Source of the DNA: Octopus vulgaris
Taxonomy: Eukaryota
Direction: 5' to 3'
Length of the DNA stretch: 64,000 bases
Assembly: GCA_951406725.2 (NCBI GenBank)
Contig: OX597816.1
Span: forward strand, 33,728,001-33,792,000
The notes under the pieces are model-generated. The model had not been told where the DNA came from, searched no databases, and saw only the letters and a list, made by a program, of their open reading frames with translations. The number at the start of each line of letters is the position of its first letter. Position 1 is the stretch's first letter. Shown in pieces: positions 53,513 to 64,000 of this stretch. Made by a program: the position numbers and the translations under genes.

Positions 53513-54940
53513 TTACACAAAACTACACCGAAAAAAACTCGCAAACACACACGAGACAAAAGCACAAAGAGACAAAAGCACTGGCTCGTAAATACATATG
53601 GCAATGCCGGAACATAAATGCATCGGTTGATAAATACTCAAAGAAGAACTGCGAAAACTGATCAGAACTTCAGACGAAAGAAACGAGCATATGAGAATTA
53701 TTACTAGCAATGGTACTTCACTGAAAACTTGCTCTTTAAATTTCCTTTTACTCTCTTTTTTGTTAATCCTCTACAACACGCATCACTAAACTATTATTGT
53801 AACTAAAATTCAGTAAGGCGTTGTTATAGAAAAATAGGGGGTCTTCTTCTTTTGTGTATTTTCCTCTAAATTAATCCTGGAGTATGAAGGAGAGACTACA
53901 AATGAAAAATGTTAACATTCTCAATATTAAAACCATATTTGTATTAATTATCATAACTTCTGACTCAGCGAATATTCCATCTTTTGGATCTCTATTTGTG
54001 CCATATTTCTAGCAATATTAACTCTTAACTCTTTATTAATGGTCGTTAGGGATCGTAAAATAACATCAATTTGTTTCATGTCAGTTTCATTTCCTGGCAC
54101 AAACAATACAGAAGAATGGCAAAGAGGATAAAGCACCGAACTAAATGCTTTATAATATTTAGTTTTGCTTCGCTACATTAAAGACTGGCCAGGCATGTTT
54201 ATTTCTTTCTTTCATTTTCTTCTTTCTTTTCTTGGGGGTACTTGATTAAAGAAGTACCGGTGATAAGGTGATGGAAGCTAACTCATTCAACTCTATTTGT
54301 TCCTTTTACAAAACTCAGTTCCTCTGCCAATGAAAGAAATCATTTTCTCATTGTGCAGACCAATATTTCATATGAGATAGCTGAGCTACATCAGTCAACA
54401 GGAATTCCGGGATAAAGGCGACAAACTACAAACCAAAGCCGTATTTTCATTTTTATAAAGTATTGACAAAAAAATAATAATAATAATAATAATTTCCTAT
54501 AATAACAGGGAGTTGAAGATAATCAACAAGTGAAAATGATATCTGAAGAAAAAAATATAAGGGATATTCATAACAAGAAATTCATAGGGTATTAGTGACA
54601 AATAATGATAATAATAATGATAATAATAATAATAAATTCTCGTATTTTTCCTGTTGAAATACGGAAAGAAAAGAAAGAATCATGCGAACAGAGAGAATAG
54701 AAAACTGAATACAAGAAAAGAAATGAAAGTTAATAGCAGGCATGAAATTAGAAGGAAAAAAATTGGACCACAACTGGGGAAGACGGAAAAACACAAACAG
54801 CAAATTTGTGATAATTGAAGAAAAGTAACAGTAAAATGAGATGTAATAAAATAAAATAAAATAGAAACAAATAAGGTAATGTTTTAGAGAGGGGAGAGAC
54901 GTGAAAAAAAAAAGAATTGAAAGACACAGCGAGAGGAGAT

Positions 54941-54971
<31 letters not shown>

Positions 54972-55536
54972 AATGTGCAGAGAGAGAGAAAGGGTAAGAG
55001 AGACAGGTAGAGAAATAGACAGAGAGAGATAAAATAAAAAGAATCAGAGAGAAAAAATAAAAAGAGACGCCCTGGTGCCAAATAAAAGAACAGAGATAAT
55101 AAGGAGAGTTAGAGACATGGAGATGATGTTGAGGTAATGTAAAGAGATCGCACGCTAGAGAGAGGGAGAGAGAGAGAGAGAGAGAAACCGTGAGGGGGAA
55201 AGAGGGAGGGAGGAGGGAAGTGGTTTGAAGAATGGGCGGAGGAAGGGATTTGAATGAAACATCTCTGACAAATAGAGAATACCTTAAAGGTTTTGTTTGC
55301 AGCAGTTATTGTAATAGTATTAATAGCAGTAGTAGTACCAATATATTCGTAGCTACAGCTGTAGCAGCTGCAGGACTAGTTGAAATAGCAGCAGTAGTAA
55401 CGGTGTAGTTGTAGTAGCAACAGTAATAGTAACTGTAGCAATATTAGTATTCGTAGCAACACTTCTAAAGGTGACGGTAGTTGCAGTTGTGCAGCAGCAG
55501 AAGTAGTAGTAGTAACAGTAGTAGTAGCAGTAGTAT

Positions 55537-55568
<32 letters not shown>

Positions 55569-55582
55569 AAATATTTAATAGT

Positions 55583-55739
55583 AGGAGTAGCTGTGTAGTA
55601 AGTAGCTTGTTACGAACCACATGGTTACGGGTTCAGTCCCACTGCATGGCACCTTGGGCAAGTGTCTTCTACTTTAGCTTCGGACCGACCAAAGCCTTGT
55701 GAGTGGACTTGGCAGACGGAAACTAAAAGAAGCTCTTCA

Positions 55740-55784
<45 letters not shown>

Positions 55785-56000
55785 ATATATATATATGTGT
55801 GTGTGTGTGTGTTTGTGTGTCTGCGTTTGTCCCCCCAACATCGCTTGACAACCGATGCTGGTCCCCGTAACTTAGCGGTTCGACAAAAGAGACCGATAGA
55901 ATAAGTAATAGGCTTACAAAGAATAAGTTCTGGGGTCGATGATGCTCGACTAAAAGCAGTGTTCCAGCATGGCTACATTCAAATGACTGAAACAAGTAAA
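55583..56000 (+). mobile_element. SINE family B
   Basis: GGAGTAGCTGTGTAGTAAGTAGCTTG...CACCTTGGGCAAGTGTCTTC...CCAGCATGGCTACATTCAAATGACTGAAACAAG; internal (CT)n(TA)n(TG)n. Confidence 0.9.
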
Positions 56001-56469
56001 ATACTATTAAAACGGCAATGGGGAGCGCAATATCAGTACAATTACTACAAGAACAGAATCAACAATATGCAATTATAAAGTAATTGTCTGTCATCTTCTG
56101 TTGTTGGCTCTAGCTAAGTTCATTTTTGCTGTACATACAGAGAGTGTAGCAGAGAATATCTACATTCTGGTGTGTAAAGGGTTTGAGTAGGTAAACAGAG
56201 CAACAGAGTAAAAAAAAGTAGGGCGTATACGATGTTTGGCAGCAGATAGGGAGTCTGCTGAAGGGTGGCTGGGTGAAAAGAGGGTATGCACAGTGGTTGA
56301 GTGGAAATGACATGCAGATAGTGATGGGGTGCCGTGGGATATATATATATAGAGATAATGTTGGGTGGAGAGTCGACATATGCAGTGGTCGGGTGGGGCG
56401 TTAATGAGTTACATATAAGTTTAAGTTGTTTAGTGGATTTGAATTGTAATGATAATAATGATAATAAAA

Positions 56470-56598
56470 CTTTCTACTATAGGGCACAAGGCCTGAAATT
56501 TGGGGGCAAGTGCCAAGTCGGTTTAATAAACATCAGTTTTTCACTGATACTTAATGCATCGATATCGAAAGGATGAAAGGCAAGTTGACATCGACGGA
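56470..56598 (-). mobile_element. SINE family A fragment
   Basis: CGAAAGGATGAAAGGCAAGTTGAC core; 3' end AGGGCACAAGGCCTGAAATTT. Confidence 0.7.
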
Positions 56599-56625
56599 AT
56601 AATAATAATAATAATGATAATAATA

Positions 56626-56941
56626 GTGTTGAGAAGGATTCTTTGGGGTTTGAATAATTCACCTCTGGAAACATGGGTGTTTCGTTCAACGTCCTTAAAC
56701 AACCCTTATTCAGGGACCTTTTGAGTGGGATGGGTTACTCGATCTGAAGAAAATTCTAACTGGGCTCCACCTGCAAGGTCATGTGCTGTTTATCTTGATA
56801 TGAGATCACCATGTCGCGCACATATGGTTGTGATGCATGTGCCTGGTGTACCCTTATCAGACGGGTAGTCATGATGGGTATACTGGGCTTCGTATATTTT
56901 ACCCCAGTGTCACTTTGATGGCATGCTCTGCTCGCTCACTC

Positions 56942-56985
<44 letters not shown>
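56626..56985 (+). mobile_element. Second, shorter copy of the (TAA)n-inserted element
   Basis: Near-identical to 4195-4510; (AAT)n on both sides. Confidence 0.85.
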
Positions 56986-56986
<1 letters not shown>

Positions 56987-56999
56987 TTCTACAAAACTT

Positions 57000-57212
57000 G
57001 GGAGAGAGAACTAGTCGATTATATCGACCCCAGTGCTTCGCTTCGACTTATTTTATCGACCCCAGTGCTTCGCTTCGACTTATTTTATCGACCCCGAAAA
57101 GATGAAAATTAAGGTCGATCCCGACAGAATTCGAACTCAGAACGTAAAGCTGGACGAAATACCGCCTAGCATTTCGCGTACCATGCTAACGATTCTGCCA
57201 GTTAGTCGTCCT
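57000..57212 (-). mobile_element. SINE family A with internal 32-bp tandem duplication
   Basis: TATCGACCCCAGTGCTTCGCTTCGACTTATTT occurs twice, followed by CGACCCCGAAAAGATGAAA...GAACTCAGAACGTAAAG. Confidence 0.8.
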
Positions 57213-57224
57213 AATAACACACAC

Positions 57225-57362
57225 AATGGGATTGCTTCAGTTTCTGTATACGAAATACACGCATAAAGCCTTGATCGGCCCGAGTCTATATCAGAAGATA
57301 CCTGTCCAAGTTATTACTTAGTGGGACTGAACTCAGAACTATGTGGTTAGAAAGCATATTCC
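57225..57362 (-). mobile_element. SINE family B 5' half, degenerate
   Basis: CTTCAGTTTCTGT...AAAGCCTTGATCGGCCCGAG...GTGGGACTGAACTCAGAACTATGTGGTT. Confidence 0.65.
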
Positions 57363-57784
57363 TTATCGTATATATATTTATGATATTGGGAAGCGTGGGG
57401 TTAGTGTGACATAAATATTGCATGGTGGTCATGGTGTCAGTGAGAAAGTATGGTTGTATACCGAGACAGGGAGAGAAAGAGAGGGGGAATGAAGGTGCCG
57501 GTGATGGCGATGGGGATACACAGTAATAATAGCAGGTTGTGTTGATCACCATGGTTTCACCGATGTTATTCTTGTTTACCAGGTTCTTCGTTTTTATCAT
57601 TGTTGTTCCTACTCTTGCAGCTAATACTACTGTTACTGTTCGATCCTACTGTTGTTAGTAGTGATAGTTTTGTCTTTGCTAAAAGCGGAGGGAAACAATT
57701 GCATAATATTATAATACATGATAGACCACGTTAATAAAAAAACAAGATGGTCATGAATGGAATGCATCTGATCCTTGATTTACC

Positions 57785-57992
57785 TGCCTAAGCGTGGAGG
57801 GGCAAGTCGATAACTTCAAATAGCATTGTGGGACGCTGGACGGAGGGCTCGGTTAAGTTGCTAGGAATCTGAATTGGTACATATCTCCAGATAGAAAAGG
57901 ACTGGTCTGAGGTATCGAGCAGGGTGGCCCACGCAGTCAAGACCTGGTCTTGAAAGGGAGGGTGGAGGTGGCCAATGTGTTTATCGCATCGG
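57785..57992 (+). pseudogene. Tx1/L1-like LINE RT C-terminal fragment
   Basis: IVGRWTEGSVKLLGI*IG...EKDWSEVSSRVAHAVKTWS / LKGRVEVANVFIAS matches the pattern KLLG.WFG...KNW......W..R.LSLKGR..V. Confidence 0.6.
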
Positions 57993-58866
57993 TCCAGTTA
58001 GTTTGCATCTTCTGGAAGGCAGAGCTAGTCAATTACTTCATTGGTTGCCTGTTAATCACAAATGAACGACTACAGTTCCTCCAAATATACTTTTCGTGAT
58101 ATAGGATAACAAACCTGAAGGAGGTGTCAAAATTTCGGACGATCGGTCGTGTTAGACGCAGCGCCGACCAGTTAGTTGTGGTACACTAACTGTGGTGAAC
58201 AGTTAATTCACCTAAAATTAGCTTTTGAATGAACGTTCTGATGATGCCCTATCTCGACACTTTAAAAGTTGCTTTTAATGTCACAGCTGATTCATAAATA
58301 CCAAATTTAAAAAGACCGGGAAGGAGTCTCATAATCGAATCCAAAGACTGTTTTCAACAAAATACTGCAGAAGGACTGAAATAGACTTAATATGTGAGGA
58401 TGTATGTATATGCCTAAATATCAGCGAGAACGTTCGTTCGATAGTTCGTGAGGGAATGAGAGTGTATGTGTTTGTGTGTGCACGCATGTATATCCGCTGC
58501 TTGCATCCTCCACTTCATCAAAGAACTGAGTTGCGTATCATGATGATGTTAAACATTTATTGTGTTTAAAATATGTGGAGCGCAAACACTATTATTCTTA
58601 TAACCTTTTCACAATGTCATCAGCTGATTATTGTTATATAACAAGTTCTGTCCCAAAGTGAGAACAATAGCTGACTTTCGCAATGTGTTGAGTGTGTGTG
58701 TACGAATGAATGAACAGACGAAGGAAAGAGCCACTCAACCCACTTAGTGAGAGATAGATGTATTATTATTTAAAACAGTTGGATTCGGCTCCATCGGTCT
58801 TAAATTTTCGTAAGTTTCTGTATGGAGCTTTGTACCATGTATATATGTGTATCTATCTGTTATGTG

Positions 58867-58935
<69 letters not shown>

Positions 58936-59083
58936 TACATATATATATATAGATAGAGAGAGAGAGAGAGACTAGCGGAGATACCCGTCGTTGCTCGGTA
59001 TTAAATTGACATAGTTTGTCGCGTGTCTATCGTTGGCTAATTTTTCCTACGTCTTCCCTTCATTGGTTCTTTCCTTCTCCTAT

Positions 59084-59118
59084 ATTTCTGACGAAGAGCT
59101 CCGGTCGAAACGTTAAAT
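59084..59118 (+). ncRNA. Candidate minimal type I hammerhead ribozyme motif (Penelope-like)
   Basis: ATTT-CTGACGA-AGAGCTCCGGTC-GAA-ACGT-T-AAAT: CUGANGA and GAAA core boxes, palindromic ACGT helix III, ATTT/AAAT helix I. Helix II is imperfect. Confidence 0.45.
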
Positions 59119-59205
59119 CCTCCTTCTTTCTTTCCTTTCCTGAGCGTCCAATAACACTATACTTGTTCCACGTCCTCGCGTTCTTGTGTTTTCATGTTGG
59201 GATTA

Positions 59206-59253
<48 letters not shown>

Positions 59254-59812
59254 TAAACAGTAAAAATAATTACAGACATGGACAAGAACATGAAACACCA
59301 CAGAGACGACACAAGAACCACAGGACGGGACATTCGAAGCCCTCAGTCATCAGTCAAGAACCAGATCATCTTAGCAATTTCGGCTGATTAATCTTGATAG
59401 CAATTTCGGCTGATTAATATATATATATATATATATATATAACAGTTACGTTGAAACAGGTGATACGGGAAAGTGCAGCATTGACGACAAAATATTTCTG
59501 GAGTAAATTATAGGCTAATTGGACTAAGCGACATATCACACGTCCGTTTGGAGAATTCGAGGCTCTATCCAGTTATGGGAAATTGGTGAGGTGGTGGGGG
59601 CTGAGTCATTTTTTAACGCACCGCTCTCTCCTTTGCGGCAGTCGGCGCTGCGTCTAACACGACCCATCGTCTGAGATTGTGACACCTGCTTCGGGTTTGT
59701 TGTCCTATATCACTTTAAGTAAACTTGAAGGAACAGCAGTTGTTCATTTGTGATTAACATGGAACCAATGAGGTGATAGACTTGACCTGCCTTCCAGGAG
59801 ATTCAAAAGTGG

Positions 59813-60263
59813 TTGAGGAGGAGCTGGCGGTGCTGGCAATCTTACCCTACCGGCTAAGAAGCATATACCATTAGTTTCATTTGGAAATTTGAAAGCTTTG
59901 CGGAAACATATTTAGTTTAGTGCACCAATTTGGTCAAAACTACAACTTTTATAAGAATAGGATAGATCACATCTGAACGCAACTCCAGGAGTTGTGAAGA
60001 ACGAATTTGTATGTAGTCTGTTTTTGAGAGCTGTTCTACTGGACTTCTGTCAAATCATGAAATCGATTTAATGATTCAGCATTAAGTGCTGCGGCATGCC
60101 TTTGCTGATCTTGGGTAAGTATCACCTCCCTTTTCTCTTGAGACTCCATTTGATGTGCTCCAGCATGCCTTTGCTGATCTTGGGTAAGTCTCACCTCCCT
60201 TTTCTCTTGAGACTCCATTTGATGTGCTGCAGCATGCATTTGCTGATCTTGGAGAAGTTTCAT
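59813..60263 (-). pseudogene. Helitron Rep/helicase N-terminal relic with 23-aa (69-bp) repeats
   Basis: QDQQRHAGAHQMESQEKREVRLT repeats (TGCTGATC at 60103, 60172, 60241), then AFRCD...QIGALN*ICFRKAFKFPNETNGICFLAGRVRLPAPPAPPQP, matching the Helitron motif IG.M...C..C.A.KF..E..GMCC..GKV.LP. Confidence 0.75.
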
Positions 60264-60790
60264 CTCCCAACTCTAATGAAACACAAAGCGACTATCTATA
60301 TAAAATGTTACTGGATCAAAAAAGTGCGAGATATTTGTCAAGCATTAGAATGCGTCGTTCGTGATGGTAGTAGGTTGACTCTGTTTCATGTACATTTCTT
60401 GAAAACAGTTATTCGTAAACAAGATTGATCGAAGAAACTTTTGCCAGAATCAACACTTAATTGGAATACGGAAAAAAACGTCCGAGTAAATAAGATTATT
60501 CTATTACCATTTATTAAATTATGTTTATCAATACCCTTTGTTGTATACGTGTGTGTGTGTGTGTGGTGTTTATGTAAGTCTGAAAACCGGTGTTACTTAT
60601 AGATGTGAATTTTGTTATGGCATTTATCATACCTAGTTCAGTATTTGTGTTTGTCGACTAAAGATTTGAACAAAATCACATCCAAAATATAATAATCTTA
60701 GGTAATGGGTAACTTCACAGATATGTAACTGTGTATGTGTATGTTTCATGATATTTTTAACCGTAAACATAAACTCGGTACACACAAACA

Positions 60791-61255
60791 TACATATGTC
60801 TGATCAAAACGTATCGGTGCTGTTGCTATATTACCTAAAGAGAAGCTCCTTTGCAAAGATTGACTTTGAACCCTATCGCGCACGCACACTAAATTATAAC
60901 CTTCTCCCTCAATTCTGTTGTGTACAGCAAAGCTTGGAATCAACGTGTAAGGAGTGAGGTCATCTGAAAATGAAGGTAGGGATTCGGCTGCGCAAGGACT
61001 CCTGCTTTGCGTCGAAGAGGAACATTTTTGTAAATAGTTATAACAGGTACAGAATCGTGGGTCTATAGCTATATCCCACAAGCCAAGGTAAATCCAAGAA
61101 AAAGATTTCGAAACGTTGACGAAATCCAAGAGAAAGCGACCAGGCAATTACTCCTCATACCACAAAAGGAGTTGCAGGAATGCCTCCTTCGAGGAAAATC
61201 TCGTTGAATAAAAACTATGGCTTCAGAAGGGGACTACATCGGTGAGAATAAAATG
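60791..61255 (+). mobile_element. Internally deleted mariner relic
   Basis: ~61096-61255 translates PRKRFRNVDEIQEKATRQLLLIPQKELQECLLRGKSR*IKTMASEGDYIGENK, a mariner transposase C-terminus. TIR-like TACATATGTCTGATCAAAACGTATCGG at ~60791. Confidence 0.6.
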
Positions 61256-62194
61256 CTGAATTGTGGTTTTTTGATTCGAGCAACTGTTGTGCTTCGACAA
61301 GTTGTTTTCTCTAACTGTAAGAAAAATTTTCACAAAATTGCGCTTCGATTAGCTGTTCCTATTCCATTTTGTGTGTGGAAGAGTGGTAGGTAGGCATTGG
61401 TTGGTTGAGTGTGTGCATACATATTTATATAAGTTTCTTCTGCAGACCTGCTCCCGTCCTGCGGCTGCTGCTGCTGCTGCTGTTATTGCAATAAGCCTGC
61501 TGAAGATATGATTCCAGCTAATGCTGTAGTCATGTGTATGTACACAAATAACACCACATACATGTATATGAACGCTAGAACACATACATGCGTCGGAATA
61601 TACGTGTATTCCGATACACCAGCATAAACACGTATATGTGGTCCACAGAGGGAATGTTGAATGTTTCTTCATACATACGGAAACGAGAACTAGCAAACAT
61701 GCTATTATGCTACAAGTCGAGCATATTACAAGTTTGTATAGAACATTAACAGGAGCGCACGCTCACATACGGACAAACACACACACAGAAACACACACTC
61801 ACAGAAACACTTACATGCACACACAAATTGGTAAAAAGAAAAGATTGAGCAAGAGAGAGGGAGAAAAAGAGAGAGAGACAGTGTTCATATATGTGTGAAG
61901 TATAATAGCGAATAAATGACAGAGAAGGAGTGTTAGGGATAGTGAGAGTGAGGAGACGAGGGAGACGAAGGTGAAAAAGTTGGGATAAGCATAGCAGTAG
62001 GCGTATTCTTCCTGCCAGCTCTGCATTATTCCTTCCTTCCTTGCACCTTGTCTGTGTCTTACCTCACCACCCTAATATGGTTCTAATATATAAAGTGGGT
62101 CCTACATTTTGCTAGATTATCTGGCATCACTTTACATACAGCCGGTATTTCCATATTTTCAGTTGCTTAAACTCATACACATATTATACACGTC

Positions 62195-62542
62195 TGTGTG
62201 CGTGTATATATATATATATATATATATATAATGTATGTAAAAGCATGAATGTATGTATACGTATATATATTTATATATATATGATATAATATAATATAAA
62301 TAATATATAAATATATGCATATATACATACATATATGTACATACCTACATATTTATATATACATGCATATATGGGTACAGGACAGCCCCAAAATAGTTAT
62401 ATGTATATATATCGTACATTCATGATTCCATACGTATCTATATGTGGAAGAACACTAATATATGCATATATATATATATGTATGTATATATGCATGCATG
62501 TATACATATATATATGTATGTATATGTGTATTTGTGTGCGTG

Positions 62543-62595
<53 letters not shown>

Positions 62596-62610
62596 GAGAT
62601 ATATATATGC
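62195..62610. repeat. (TA)n-rich low-complexity tract
   Basis: Directly visible. Confidence 0.85.
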
Positions 62611-63369
62611 TTGCATTTAAGCGCACGTGTATATGTCCAGGCAACCAGCTCAGACAGCTGAATAGACATTAGCAGGCACTGCTTGCATCAGTGGGAGAAG
62701 CTGCATTCACACTGGTGTAGTTTAATACGTATATATACACTCTAAGAAAAAAAAATTAAAACTCTTGCAAACTTGTAGGCAACCACACAGATATTACCGC
62801 ATTCTCCTTTAAACATAGATCGCTACACACACACACACACACACACGTGCGCATATGGACACGCACATGAATACACACTACATATTAATGCACACAAGTA
62901 TATTTTCGTCTCTATAGCAATTAGCAGGTATATTGCACGAACTTTGTGGCTTCATCATTTTAACGTGTTCTTGTATATATGTTTAAAGAAGAACTAGTTT
63001 ATATATTCACACTTATTTTCCACAAACATATGGTTGTATGTGCCTTTGCATATATATATATATAATACAGTATATAGTTATCTTAGAGTGTATCTGTCTA
63101 CATTTTGACTACAACTGCGACGTTTTGCCGAAAGTGACTTATCCAAATTAAGATGTTTCAACTGACATTTATCATAAGGCAGCAGTGTGGTAACCTGAGG
63201 TAATTTCGAGGTTTCAGTAAAAAATAATAAAAATGATGTAACTATGCTTACGTTGAGACATTTATTGACTCAATGTTTCTTTTTTCGGGTATTAAAAACA
63301 ATATTTTAACAAAGTGTGTGCGAGTAAATATATTTGTACATAAATACACGCATGCATAACGTGTTCCAG

Positions 63370-63690
63370 TGGAGGCGCAATGGCCCAGTGGTTAGGGCTG
63401 CAGAATCGTGGTCGGAGGATCGCGGTTTCGATTCCCAAACCGAGTGCTCTGTGTGTTTATTGAGCGAAAACACATAAAGTACGACGAGGCTCCGGCAGGA
63501 GGTAGTGGCGACTCCTGTTGTACACTTTCGTCCAAACTTTCTTTCACTCTTTCTTCCTCTTTCTTGCGTGACGCTACTATGGGCTGGCGTCCCGTTCAGC
63601 TGAAGTGTGTGTGTGTGGGGGGTACACATACGCCACTAAGCGGGGAAACCGGGCCCATGAGCCTAGCTAGGCAGGAAAAGGGCCCATAAC
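63370..63690 (+). mobile_element. tRNA-derived SINE family C
   Basis: A box TGGCCCAGTGG, B box GGTTTCGATTCC; body GAGCGAAAACAC...GGCTCCGGCAG...GGGAAACCGG is shared with 13321-13633. Confidence 0.85.
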
Positions 63691-63786
63691 AGAATAAATA
63701 ACGTATTCCGAACACGATTAGCAGCCATCGTACCTATATACACACATATATGCACATATGTGCACAGATATAACATATACATATAC

Positions 63787-63931
63787 GTGGTAAGTAGCTT
63801 GCTAACCAACCACATGGTTCCGGGTTCAGTCCCACTGCGTGGCATCTTGGGCTAGTGTCTTCTGCTATAGCCTCGGGCCGACCAAAACCTTGTGAGTGGA
63901 TTTGGTAGACGGAAACTGGAAGAAGCCTGTC

Positions 63932-63975
<44 letters not shown>

Positions 63976-64000
63976 CTGTGTTTGTCCCTCCGATGCTGGT
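63787..64000 (+). mobile_element. SINE family B, cut by the window end
   Basis: GTGGTAAGTAGCTTGCTAACCAACCACATGGTTCCGGGTTCAGTCCCACTGCGTGGCATCTTGGGCTAGTGTCTTC. Confidence 0.9.

Larger units (their letters stand above)
58972..60603 (-). mobile_element. Internally deleted Helitron with nested insertions (5' boundary uncertain)
   Basis: Minus-strand 3' terminus: imperfect hairpin CCGAGCAACGACGGG then CTAG|T at 58972. RepHel N-terminal relic at 59813-60263. Candidate A|TC 5' end at 60603. Confidence 0.6.

Noticed and set aside
63370-63445. tRNA gene (also 13560-13633)
   Set aside because: A and B boxes are present, but there is no intact cloverleaf and the sequence continues into a shared SINE body.

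Overview
AT-rich, microsatellite-dense eukaryotic DNA with no host protein-coding exon that I can support, so it is probably intronic or intergenic. The repeat content (several tRNA-derived SINE families, RTE, CR1-like and Dong/R4 LINEs, long (TA)n tracts) points to a cephalopod, probably Octopus, genome; this is an inference. The centrepiece is a co-oriented minus-strand train of retroelements at 41.65-49.9 kb, mostly separated by (TA)n. In transcription order it holds: (1) a near-intact RTE LINE with a C4HC3 PHD finger inside its RT region; (2) a non-autonomous element carrying a 13-unit, ~61-bp double-hairpin array; (3) the 3' end of a CR1-like LINE; (4) a 3'-truncated CR1-like LINE whose ORF1 has a Myb/SANT-like domain and a CCCH finger. 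The CR1-like 3' tail matches the tail of an abundant SINE family, with a covarying stem-loop. Also present are a full-length decayed mariner, Helitron, hAT, Tx1/L1-like, Dong/R4 and Penelope-like relics, a minimal hammerhead-like motif and a MITE. Most ORFs in the supplied track are microsatellite or antisense artefacts. All family assignments come from motifs recognised by eye, not from database searches.
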